Origin: Moniliella sp. 'wahieum'
Lineage: Eukaryota
Direction of reading: 5' to 3'
Length of the DNA stretch: 64,000 bases
NCBI GenBank assembly: GCA_003971905.1
Contig: RSEE01000037.1
Coordinates: 248,001 to 312,000, forward strand
A model generated the notes under the pieces. That model was not told where the DNA came from and did not search any database. It worked only from the letters and a program-made list of their open reading frames with translations. Shown here piece after piece: positions 1 through 10,185 of this stretch. The translations under genes and the position numbers were made by a program. Numbering within the stretch: position 1 is the first letter of the stretch; each line of letters begins with the position of its first letter.

Positions 1-553
1 GCACGCAGGTTAAAAGCAAGGCCGTGGTAAAAAATGGGCCGGATGCGAGTGCAATCTGAAACACGAGGCGGCCATCGCCTAAAAGGAAAGCTCAGGTCCC
101 AAAAGAGTACGACCGGTGATATGGGGGGAGGTGCGCATCGCACTCGGGCACGGCGTCTGTGGCTCATCCTGTTGGGCGGGGGACGGGTGATGGATGACGC
201 TGCATGGGTGACCATCGATGATGATGCTTGCGGTGATAATAGCCCAATAGCACAGGGGCAGTGTGTGCTGGACAGCAGCGCGCCAGCTGCATGTCTCATA
301 GCTAGGCCCGCCCAGCGCTGCGCCAGTCGCTGCGAGGACTTGGACCTAGACCTGAGGCCTGACCCGGCCCCTCTGGTTTTGGGTCTGCGTGCCCTATTCC
401 CGCTTGTCACCCTAACCCCATAGCGCAAGCGGTGGTATGCACTTGCCTAGTGTCCTGGCCAAAGCCAAGCTATCATATATCACCTGCTATCACCCTCCAT
501 CGCCCCCCCGCCCTAACCCTGCCAGTGCGTCTTCAGGCTCACCACCAAACGAC
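1..553 (-). repeat. Inverted copy of 27013-27595 (upstream region of the pseudokinase gene); runs off the left edge of the window
   Basis: 1-55 (gcacgcaggttaaaagcaagg...) is the reverse complement of 27541-27595. Near-identity continues to ~478/27113, then looser homology with a ~30-bp indel to 553/27013. Confidence 0.95.
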
Positions 554-800
554 TGTTGGGGGATTTGGTAGGTGTGGTAGCAACGCGGGCACAGCAACCT
601 CGCCCATAGTAGGCAGCGCGAGGAGCTCGCTAATAAAGGGAGGCAGGCTGGAGCATCGGTGTGGTTGTGAATGAGCTGGGCGGAGTTTGTGCTTTTGCTT
701 CATGTAAGGGGGGATTGGTTTGGATGCCGATGGTATTCATTCAGGTTGCATATTATGGAACGGTGCTGTTAGACTGTGATCCTGCAGCTGCTCTTATCCC

Positions 801-871
801 GGCTCGATAGCGTAGTGGTAACGCATCCCTGGCCCATAGGCGATGACATGGGTTCGAATCCATTCGAGTCT
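801..871 (+). tRNA. tRNA-like gene (Gly-like; anticodon arm imperfect, pseudogene or miscalled bases)
   Basis: Acceptor stem GGCTCGA/TCGAGTC, D arm GCGT-AGTGGTA-ACGC, B box GGTTCGAATCC and a downstream TTTT. Anticodon arm ATCCCT-GGCCCAT-AGGCGAT is bulged and lacks U33. Confidence 0.7.
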
Positions 872-2759
872 CTTCTTTTCCTCACTATTTCCCCGGGCTG
901 TGCCTTCTCACAGGTGCCAGTTATATATAACACGGAGGAAAGGAGAAACAATCTGTCGGTATACTACCAACGCGTGATGAGAAGCACACACCCTCCAAAA
1001 GAAGTCCAGGATGACGCAGAATAGTGTCATTATAGGCACCGGTCGGTGGGTATGTAGTGCATGTGATTCGTCATTAATCCTTCGCGTCATGGCGCTGAGG
1101 GTATGTCCGCAGTGGGTGGAAGATGAGGGCATAGCCCTGTGCCCCCTGTGATTACGAGAGAAGGCCAACTGCAATTGCTCCAAATAAGTGTTTAGTATGA
1201 AGCAGGAGCACCCGTATACCGAGTACGGATCCCGTTTTACAATCCTAAGAAATCGAGTTGCTTCACAGCGAAATTTTGCGACAGGCCCTGTTCGTCCATA
1301 TTGCCACCGTTGTCTTCGCCTCCCGGAGGACCCTGTAGGACCACGTGCGCTCCAATCGGCTCGCCCAACACAGCGCACACGCTCACCATTGCCCCGCGAA
1401 CTGATACCCCGATAAAGTAGACCACGCCCAGACCTCCTCTAGCTCCGTTCGGATCCGCCACATCAGACGGTGTCGAGGCGTGACGCGTGAGGCTTGATAA
1501 CCGCGAGTGCTGAGAGTCCGGGATGATCTCCCCGGCTCCTCTTTAGGGAAAATACACACCCTAATTAATGAACGTGTTGGGTCTCACGGGTCCCAGGAGT
1601 CCCAGCCCGGGGTCCACCCAAGATAAAAGAGACACAGCCATCAATGAACCCACACTGTTCACGTTAAATATAGAGAAAATCAGTTTTGCCTAAGCTAGGT
1701 ACTATAGATAAAGACCCTTTGCAAGCAACACTATAGATGTAAGCCACACACTATTACCTTTTTGTTATCACATGTCATTAAGATAACTCTTCATTTTGCG
1801 CCTGCGCCTTACTCTGTGCTTCTTCGGCGTTCGCTTTTTCCTTTCTCCATCTTGTTTTCATGACCGATACCGCTTTGATTCGCTTCTCGATATACTAATT
1901 TCACGTTCCTGCTCGTGAACACCCGCTCTCTTCCCGTAGTTCTTCGCTCAGTCGAAGAAAGGCCATACATTTTTGCTGCACCGTGGAAACGGAGTACTCC
2001 ATTCGACGCGTAGTCTTCAATTAAGCTAGTAAAGTGGGCTAATCCATCCAACGGCGGAGCATGGCTAATGATTAATGAGCAGTCGAGCGGAAACGAGGTT
2101 GAGTGGAGCGAAGAGCGTGGGGGTGCCAATGCGACAGACACAGGCAACTAGCACATAGGAAGGGAGAGGATTAAAGGAACCGGTGGTTGCGCGCGCGCCG
2201 GGAGCAGTGGGCGCTGAGTGGCCCCGTGCGGGTGCGGTGCGGGCACGGCGGCAGCTAGGCGTGCTCAAATCATCCCTTCCACGTCACAGCAGATGGGGGC
2301 CAGTTGGTGGCCTGAGTAGGTACTATAGCCGGTATATCCGCGGTATACCAGGTATACTCGTGGGGCTGTTCAGCTGGGAGGACCTGAGATCCCTGAGAGA
2401 GCCTGAGGGGCCTGAGGCCTCACCCTGAGGCTCAGTGCCTCAGCGCCCGGAGCGGCTCAGGCCTGAGACCGAGTTGCTTGCTGCCACCCAAAAGTAGGCT
2501 TGGTTGTCGAGGTGTGTCTGTCTGACAGATGATCGAGATGATCGACTGATCTTCTGGTGCGTAGGGATTAGTACTTAGTGATTATAATGATCACTGATTC
2601 ATGATGCATGATCGAGATCGATCGACGATCCGCCAACACCTGAGACCCTGAGAGTTGCCAGCGTGTCCAATGTCCCCCCAAGTCTCAGATCTCACAGCGC
2701 CAAGCAAAAAGCAGGTCTATTCTTTCCCTAAGGCGGCCTAAGGCCTCGCCGAAGAGCGC

Positions 2760-2917
2760 TGTCGGCCTCGCTACTACCACAGAATGTGAACTGAACGTCG
2801 TATGGGACTAAGAAGCTTCTGCGACTGACTCGTCCAGAAGACTGGTGCGAGCTCGGAAGGAATGAAAGCTGACTCACGTGACTCAGGGTCCGCGCGGTCC
2901 TAGGACGGATGTCAACA
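2760..2917 (-). repeat. 3' LTR of the copia element
   Basis: tgtcggcctcg...ggatgtcaaca; differs from 7647-7804 by two 2-nt indels and one substitution. Confidence 0.95.
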
Positions 2918-5900
2918 CCCCGCTGACCGGAGGGCCCAGTCATGTGGACTGGATCCATCTCCTCGACGCGGAGTTGAGCAAGATGGCTTGTCAGGGCGGG
3001 ACGGCCGAGAGGCTTGGTGAGGACGTCCGCTGGGTTCCTTTCGCCGGGGATGTGTACAAGTATGGCCTCGCCCGAGTCCACGTGTTGCCGTACATTGTGG
3101 TACCGGATCTTCAGCTCTCGGATTGCCGGTGCTGCCAAATTTGTGGGCGAGATCGACGACAGACTTATTGTCGCAATACCAATGAATGGGTGTACCCTCG
3201 CCGATGGCCCCAAGCTCGATCATGATGTTCTTGACATAGTTGGCGTCAACCAGTCCATCATATCCTGCCGATATTCGCGGCGGCGGCGGTACTGGTAACG
3301 CTCTTCGGCTGAAGAATGGATCGCCACGACACCGGCACACCGTACACATCAGTAGGCATCCAGATGTGGAGCGTGCCTGGATGGGATCTCCCGCCAAGTC
3401 GGAATCTGTATACAGCGCAATGGCCGGTGCATCTGATGTTGGGGTCAACCTCAGGCCCTTTCCTCGAGTATGGTACAGGTAGCGAAGGAAGTCATCGACT
3501 GCTTGATGATGCTGCTGCGATGGGTCGGCAAGCGGCTCTGCTGAGGGCCGTGATAGCGAAGAGGGAGTCAGGCCGGCCCATTCGTGCAGCCCACAGTCCC
3601 GATCCGATCTTCCCCTGATATGCCTTGCGCAAGGCTGGGGGATGGGGGTTCAGGGTCGGCACGGGGCGGTATATCCGTACGGGATGTGGGAGAGTCCGGA
3701 TCCACGGGCTTTGATGTGGTGCTTTGCCACCACTTCCTCGATGAACTTGGTTGGCTCAGGTACAGCTCCCCACCGATCCGATCGTATTGGCATCCCAGGT
3801 GGTAGTGAAGGGACCGTTACCACGAACATCAATGTGTGTGTTTATCTCGGCCATAAACTCCTCGTACTTTTGGTGTGACTTGCATGCGAGGAGCAGATCG
3901 TCGGTGTGGACCGCCAGGAGGATCTGCTCACCCGGTGGTGCAGCGCGCACGAACAAGCAGGGCTCGGTCAAAGCTTTTGGTGAAGCGAGCTTGTCAAGCA
4001 GCAGGTTCGGATGTATCGTGCCCATTTGCTCCGCTCTGATGTAGCCCGTATAGACTCTTCTTGAGACGCCACACGCGACCACCCGCTTCGGGGAAGTAGG
4101 GGGTGGGCGGATGTAGACTGCTTCTTCGAGGGGGGCGTTCAGGTACGCTGCATTGACGTCCGCCGAGAAGAGGCCAAACTTATACTTCTCGGCCAGCACG
4201 ACGAGGGTCAGGATGGCAGGTGTGCGCACCGATGGTGCGAACGTCTGGCCCCAAGTCTCGGCCGATTGTTGGTGTCCGCCCGCGACAAAGCGCGCGCGGT
4301 GGCGCAGGAACCGGCCCTCGGCGTCCGTCTTTGTGGTGATGCGCCATAGTCCTATGAGGATTTGTGCACCCGGTGGTGGGTACGTAGCCTCGTAGGTGCC
4401 GTATCGCGCGAGTGTGGCCACCTCGTCGGCCATAGCCTGCTTGACCATGGCAAAGGAGGGGTGAGTCTCGAGACCCTTGAGCGTCTTGGGAGCGAGGGGT
4501 ACGCCATCCTTGGTGAGCTGAACCGTGTCCGGGTGGATGGGTGCGCTGAGAGCAGTCATGGCGGCGTATTCGGGAGGTTGAACTGTGTCGGCAAACGGGG
4601 GGGCGGATGTGTCAGGTAGGGGGCGGGCGATGCCGATCTCTGGTGCGGCGCAGTGGGGCGTGGCGGCTGCAGCACGAGCATGGTAGGTCGTGTCGGTGGG
4701 GTCGTCAGCGATTGGGAGTGTGTGCAGGTCGAGGGAGGTGCGGGTGGTGCGCTGGCGGAGGGGGTAGCGGCGCGGAGGGGGGGTGGTGGTGGGAGCGGGT
4801 GTCTGGGGTGTGGCGGCGGTTCGGGGCATGGGTGCTGCCGCGGCTGGCGGAGTAGGGTTAGCGTCTTTTTCACTGTCGATTTTAATTTGAGGTGATTTGG
4901 AGATGTCGGGTGGGAAGTGGTCGGGGTGGAGATGGGGGTAGATGGCGTTGCCCCATTTGTACGGTTTCGACCAGCGGTAGGTGAAGGTACCCAGGGATGG
5001 TTGGTATGTGGCGAAGAGCCATCCCTTTGATCCGCGCTGATGGTGGTATCCTACCAGCATACCTTCCTCTGCCCGCGCGCTGAGCTTGTGCTCGCGGCGT
5101 GACTCGGGCAGATGGAGGTATGCAACGCGGCCAAAGGGTTGCATCGGTAACGAGTATGCGTGGCCTTTGTATCGCTCAAATCGCGATTTGTTGTCTTCCC
5201 CGGATGTTTTGAGTGGCATTTGGTTTTGGGTGAAGCACGCAGCGTGGAGGCTGTGTTCCCACCAGTCCGACGTCGGAAGACCTGTACCCAAGAGCAACTG
5301 CCTTGCACGAGTCGTTATGGTTCGGATGGCACGCTCAGCCACACCGTTGCTAGCACTCTGCCCCGGGATTGTCCGTTCTGACGTGATGCCTTGCTCGTCC
5401 AGAAAAGGTTGCAGTGCGCTTGTCAATTCGGGGGCGTTGTCCGTGCGCAAAGTCCGCAGCAGTCTGTCCGGGCCGTAGCGTTGCTCCCGCAATATGAGGT
5501 TCCGCAGTTCCTTCGTTGCAGCGCCCTTTGTCGGGATCGCTGTGGTGAAGACGTACCGCGTGAAGTCATCAACGGCGACGAGGGCGTATCCGTGCCCCAT
5601 GCCGGTTACCCGGGGGAGGTCTACTACGTCGACGTGGAGGACCTCGAAAGGTCTTTTGGATCGGAGGCGGTCCCGGCTCGGATGGGGCGATGCTGTCGCT
5701 AGTGCCACCGCGCATGTTGGGCAATCCCACTCTGAACGACAGAGGGAGATATGCTTGGCTGTGACGCGGAGGCCTGCGGTTTCCGATCGTGTAAGCCAGG
5801 GGAGGAGGTCGATGGCTGCGTGGTTCCAGCGTTTGTGGGCTTTAGAGACGTGGTCCAGGGCCAGGGATGCTGCGAGGGAGTTTGGGGTTGAGGGTGGGTC

Positions 5901-6344
5901 GGCCGGTTTGATCGGTTTGGTCGCCATGGCCCGCAGGGGTGTGGGTGGCGTTCGCGGGTTGTGTAAGATCGTGAATTGATAGTCACTGCCGGTTACTTTT
6001 CGTAGGGTGGATCCTGGGTTACCAAGCCAGATACCCTTCTGGTGTGGGGCGAAGTATGATGCGATTCCGGTGTTCGACAGGTGTGCTACACTGACGAGAT
6101 TTCGGCTGAAACGGGGCATGTATAGGCTGTTGGGGAGTTTTATCTCCATTTGGTGTCCTCCTAAGCATCGGATACGGATTGTGGCCGTGCCTCGTCCTTC
6201 CGCCTTTACATGTGTCCCGTTAGCAACCTCTATCTCGTCGTCGCAAGGGGTCATGGATGTGAAGACGGATTTGTCTTTCCAAATGGATGGGAATGCCCCA
6301 CTGTCATATAATGCCCGGATGATTCGCATTTCGCCCCCGAGTTC
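2918..6344 (-). CDS. pol: Copia pol polyprotein (protease, integrase, RT, RNase H); frameshifted in the RT/RNase H half
   Basis: Protease LYDSGA; HHCC (H-KRWN-H...CPTC); integrase LHVDV/RTDNAPE/NGVAER; RT RARFVAGG, ADVNAAYL, HTDDLL; RNase H YTDSDLAGD and NPADVLTKPL in shifted frames. Confidence 0.93.
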
Positions 6345-7592
6345 CTAGTAGTCAGCTGTGCCCGCATCAACGTCAATCACTTCAGACTCGGGAGAGCTCG
6401 CTCTCTGAGCGACGTGAGCGTTGGCTCGGCCTGGGTTGCGCGGAGGGACAACAGGTTTATTAGACGTCGCGCTGCGCCAGGGTTGGTTGGTGCGGTCTTG
6501 CCCCTTGGTCTTTGTGTCCGCGAGGTTGTCGTCGCCGGCTTTGCCCCCGCTGGAGTTTTTTCCCCCGCTGGTGGGTCGTCCCCCGCTGTCGGGTCGAGTC
6601 CAAGGCGTTCCTCCGTTGACCGGCTTGCCTCCGTTTCTCTTCCTTTCTCCACCGGGATACGTGGCGGCTGGTATGTCCATCACGGCCTGCCGTAACTTGT
6701 CTAGACTCGAGCGCTCTTCACGCTGGCGAATGCTCATGTCGCGTAAGCCGAGTAGGATCCCAGTGCGTTCCTGCTCTTCCGTAAGTGGGATGCCCGCTCG
6801 CGTCAGGCTTGCACTGATCTCTTCCATGTAGTCGAGGTAGTCTCGACCCGATCGGTTTCCTTGGTCGGCCGAAAAGTAGCGAATGAGTAGAGGCCCTCTG
6901 TTTGCGGTAGGCGTATATCCATACCGCTGACGCAGCATGTTCAGCGTGTCCTGGGTGCATGATATTTCGTGGTGGGTGCGGATCGTCCGGAAGAGGGTTG
7001 ACGGCATGGCTTCCCTAAGAAGGTTGTGCAAGCGTCTGTCGAGGTCCTCGGTGAAGTAGCGGGAGCTGCGACCATTCTGGACGACGTCGCTTGCGTGGGG
7101 GTGGGCATCTGTTATCGCGAAGAGAAATTCGTCTTCCCAAGCGCTGTAGGCGGACGGGTCTTTGTTCAGATCAGGCCACTTGATATTCTTGGTGGGAGAC
7201 TCGCGTAGTGATCTGTAAAGGTCGTACTCGGGTCGCGAGGCTGCGCCTGTAGGTGCCCCCAAAGTTGCGTTGGGTTGAGTTTCCATTTGGTGGATGTTTT
7301 GCACCACAAAATTCGTAGCCCGTCGAACCCAGTTTGTCGTGATAGACGTAGGTTCGTCCTTCCATCCAAGCCACTCGGCTCTGTCGTGTATAGCTCTGTT
7401 GATCTTCTCTTTAACGACATCGATGTCGTTCGTCTTCTTGAACCACAGGTGCGCTTCGGCGCAAAGCATCATGAGTTCCTCGTTGTCGGTGCCAATCGGT
7501 GGCGGATCGCGACCGGTTGGTGTCCAGTAATCGCGCTTGTTCACCATTGTGGTGTCGCTGACCGAGAGATCGGTGTTAGCGTTGGCGCCCAT
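6345..7592 (-). CDS. gag: Copia gag, no CCHC knuckle visible
   Basis: Long ORF directly after the 5' LTR (MGANANT...), helical core followed by a basic G/P-rich tail; ends in TAG in frame with pol. Confidence 0.85.
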   Translation of the reverse strand: MGANANTDLSVSDTTMVNKRDYWTPTGRDPPPIGTDNEELMMLCAEAHLWFKKTNDIDVVKEKINRAIHDRAEWLGWKDEPTSITTNWVRRATNFVVQNIHQMETQPNATLGAPTGAASRPEYDLYRSLRESPTKNIKWPDLNKDPSAYSAWEDEFLFAITDAHPHASDVVQNGRSSRYFTEDLDRRLHNLLREAMPSTLFRTIRTHHEISCTQDTLNMLRQRYGYTPTANRGPLLIRYFSADQGNRSGRDYLDYMEEISASLTRAGIPLTEEQERTGILLGLRDMSIRQREERSSLDKLRQAVMDIPAATYPGGERKRNGGKPVNGGTPWTRPDSGGRPTSGGKNSSGGKAGDDNLADTKTKGQDRTNQPWRSATSNKPVVPPRNPGRANAHVAQRASSPESEVIDVDAGTADY

Positions 7593-7646
7593 GGTTGTGG
7601 GTGTAGTTTTGGCCAGCTCAGGGATGAGCAGATAAGGATGTAACTC

Positions 7647-7804
7647 TGTCGGCCTCGCTACTACCACAGAATGTGAGCACTGAACGTCGTATTGGACTAA
7701 GAAGCTTCTGCGACTGACTCGTCCAGAAGACTGGTGCGAGCTCGGAAGGAATGAAAGCTGACTCACGTGACTCAGGGTCCGCGCGGTCCTAGGACGGATG
7801 TACA
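7647..7804 (-). repeat. 5' LTR of the copia element
   Basis: Direct repeat of 2760-2917, followed by TSD AGCGC. Confidence 0.95.
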
Positions 7805-8280
7805 AGCGCCTGCGAACCCGAGCGCGCTTATAATATGCAGCCAGGGCGAATCCGTCAAGGCGCCTGCCGCTCCGCAACAGATCGCAACACTACCACTGCA
7901 CTGCTCCAACAAGCGCGGGGCCTTACTGAGACCCACAGGTCTGACATCGTCCCAGGTTCAAACGTCACGCGTCATACACACAATATGAAGCGCAATTTTG
8001 GGCGGAGAGAGATAGTAGGATAGAGGATAGAGGATAGTAGAGGATCATGGCATGCTTGTCAACATGATGCTTTTTATGTTGTGTGTGTCAGACTCACGCC
8101 GTGCTAGGGGGCCCTTGGCCCACTAGGCCCGTATGGGCACTATGGCGTGATTCTTATCAGTTGAGAGATCCTGTGTCCACCTCTCGACTGTGCCCCCTTC
8201 CTGAGGAGGTATATACCTCCTGTGCGTCCATAGATGTATGCAATCCATCTGCACCCTTTCCCCCATCTCCGTCTCCTGAC

Positions 8281-8487
8281 GTGTGCATTCCATTGACAGA
8301 GCTTAAGGCTGGGACAGGGGGAACGCTACGTCTAAACCGAACCGTTCATCTTGCGGGGGTTGTTTGGAAGCGCCACTAAGGTCAAGGAACCAGGGGGATT
8401 GCCAGGATATCAGGACCCTCCGGCTCTCGCCATCCGGTCCCGTACCCTAGGAAGCGCGTGTGGACACGGAGGAACGTGGTTGACATA
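8281..8487 (-). mobile_element. 5'-truncated 3' fragment of a CRE/RLE-type non-LTR retrotransposon (copy 1)
   Basis: Close match to 8717-8922 and 40545-40752, sharing the same terminus gtgtgcattccattgacagagc. Confidence 0.75.
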
Positions 8488-8715
8488 TTTTATGTTGTAA
8501 CGTAGTACATACAATTAAACGCGGGGATACACCCCCCCCACTTGTGCTCCTTTTCTCCTATGCACCACTTTCTCTTCTATCAGGGTAGGTAAACACTTTC
8601 CTTCATCCTCTCCTTTTGGGCCCTGAAAGCCTGAGCTCCATATACATATCCGCCTTTTTCTCCTTCGATGGGCTGGGCGCTGAGCGCGGATCCGTGATCT
8701 TTAATCTTTAATTAC

Positions 8716-9063
8716 TGTGTGCATTCCATTGACAGAGCTTAAGGCTGGGACAGGGGGAACGCTACGTCTAAACCGAACCGTTCATCTTGCGGGGGTTACT
8801 TGGAAGCGCCACCAAGATTAAGGGACCAGGGGATCGCCAGGATATCAGGACCCTCCGGCCCACGCCATCCGGTCCCGTACCCTAGGAAGCGCGTGTGGAC
8901 ACGGAGGAACGTGGTTGACATACGAGCGAGGAACCATTTCCACTGAGACTTAGTAGCCAACTCCTTCCAATGCGCAAACAACTTGCCCGCCGTCTTGGTG
9001 CCGTAGTATCCTCGCGTCGTCAAAACCAGGGGGAAAAACGGTTCTTGAGTGCGTCCCTGGTAC
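8716..9063 (-). mobile_element. 5'-truncated CRE/RLE-type non-LTR retrotransposon (copy 2) with 8-bp TSD
   Basis: Encodes KYQGRTQEPFFPLVLTTRG...FAHWKEL...MSTTFLR, resembling the C-terminus of fungal CRE-clade restriction-like endonucleases. TTAATTAC flanks it at 8708-8715 and 9064-9071. Confidence 0.8.
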
Positions 9064-9198
9064 TTAATTACCATATGGCAGGACCCATCAAAAGTGTGCA
9101 AACCCTACTGCTCCCCGCCTGCACGTGACGGGGGGGGGCTGCGCCAAGTATCGGGCATATGACAGAGTCGCGTCGACGCGTCCCTCCACTCCCTTAAA

Positions 9199-9381
9199 AT
9201 GCCCCCTACCCGTGCTCACTGGCGGTGCCCCCATTGCCGCACCAACGACCACACTCGCGCACAGTGTTCCTTCAATCCAAGCCGAGAGTTGTGCCGCCAC
9301 TGCCGGCGCCATGGCCACAGGGCTGCCGACTCCCCACAATGCTTATTTTCGAAGACGGATGACCACCCGACGCGTCTCTGA
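9199..9381 (+). CDS. 60-aa protein with two zinc-knuckle motifs (small gene or gag-like remnant)
   Basis: CPHCRTNDHTRAQC (CX2CX4HX4C) and CRHCRRHGHRAADSPQC (CX2CX4HX7C); pyrimidine-rich leader and aaaATG start context. Confidence 0.45.
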   Translation: MPPTRAHWRCPHCRTNDHTRAQCSFNPSRELCRHCRRHGHRAADSPQCLFSKTDDHPTRL

Positions 9382-10049
9382 CTGGCTCAAAGGGGGGCGG
9401 TGGTGCAAAGAGTAACCGAGGCACAAGGCGGAGTGGTCGAGAGCAATTGAGGGAGGGGGGGGCAAGGGGGGACAAGAAGGGGATCGGTGGAACATGGGAG
9501 GGGATGGAGCAAGGATGATCGGTGGATGGCGGGCTCGATCCTTACCCTGGGCCCTGCCAGGAGGCTCTCACCCAGGTTGATGGGGTGCAATCCCTTAGGT
9601 GGAGTCCTCACGGTAGTTTCAGGTTTGGGCTGGTGGCGTGAATCCGAGGCGGCTGTACGCGTGCCAAGGCTGCGTATGCGCCGGCTTGGGGGTAGTAACG
9701 TGTCTGAAGCCTCCGGTGCTTAGGGACGGGTAGGTGCAGTGGAAGGAAAACACTGCCAGAGCTGAAGCTGGGAAGGGGCGGCTGTCGACGTAGCTGTGAA
9801 AGGAACCCACGCGATATGCTGTGGTAGGGGGAATCGACGCCACCGAAGGAAAGTTCGCGCGACTGGGCGGATGAGGTTGGATGATGAAGATGAGGCAGCT
9901 AAGTGGAGACGAGAGGTTGCCTGTATTACTCAACCAATTGGCTGGAAACGGTCAGGAGTTGGACAAGAAATGTGGGAAGGGACGAGAATGGAAGGTGGGA
10001 TAAAGGAGGATGCTGACTGTGGATGACCGGTGACCCCTGAGGCCTGATG

Positions 10050-10185
10050 AGAGAGAGAAGGGAGATGAAGCGAGCAGGGCGTGCGCGCCCTGCGAGCGGA
10101 ACTCTTCCGCCCGGCTAAGTGAGCGTCACCGATCTACCGAGGGCCGTGCAGGGGAACCCCAGCATTAGGCACTACTCTCCAACAG
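10050..10185 (+). repeat. Unclassified dispersed repeat with GC hairpin (copy A)
   Basis: Inverted homologue of 54603-54730; partial diverged copy at 41566-41613. Confidence 0.85.

Larger units (their letters stand above)
2760..7804 (-). mobile_element. Full-length Ty1/copia LTR retrotransposon (~5.05 kb)
   Basis: Two ~158-bp LTRs with TG...CA ends; 5-bp TSD AGCGC at 2755-2759 and 7805-7809; gag-PR-IN-RT-RNaseH domain order; GCGGGG purine tract next to the 3' LTR. Confidence 0.97.

Noticed and set aside
410..520. CCCTAACCC telomere-like hexamers (also 25938, 27176)
   Set aside because: Only 1-1.5 units each; expected by chance and not at CRE insertion junctions.
908..2147. Short ORFs between the tRNA and the copia element
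   Set aside because: No recognisable motifs; may be decayed sequence but not supportable.
7593..7877. N-terminal extension of the 510-aa gag ORF
   Set aside because: Runs through the LTR and beyond the TSD into host flank, so it is not part of gag.
10043..10060. CTGATGA hammerhead-like core (also 54168)
   Set aside because: No GAAA partner or closing stems nearby.
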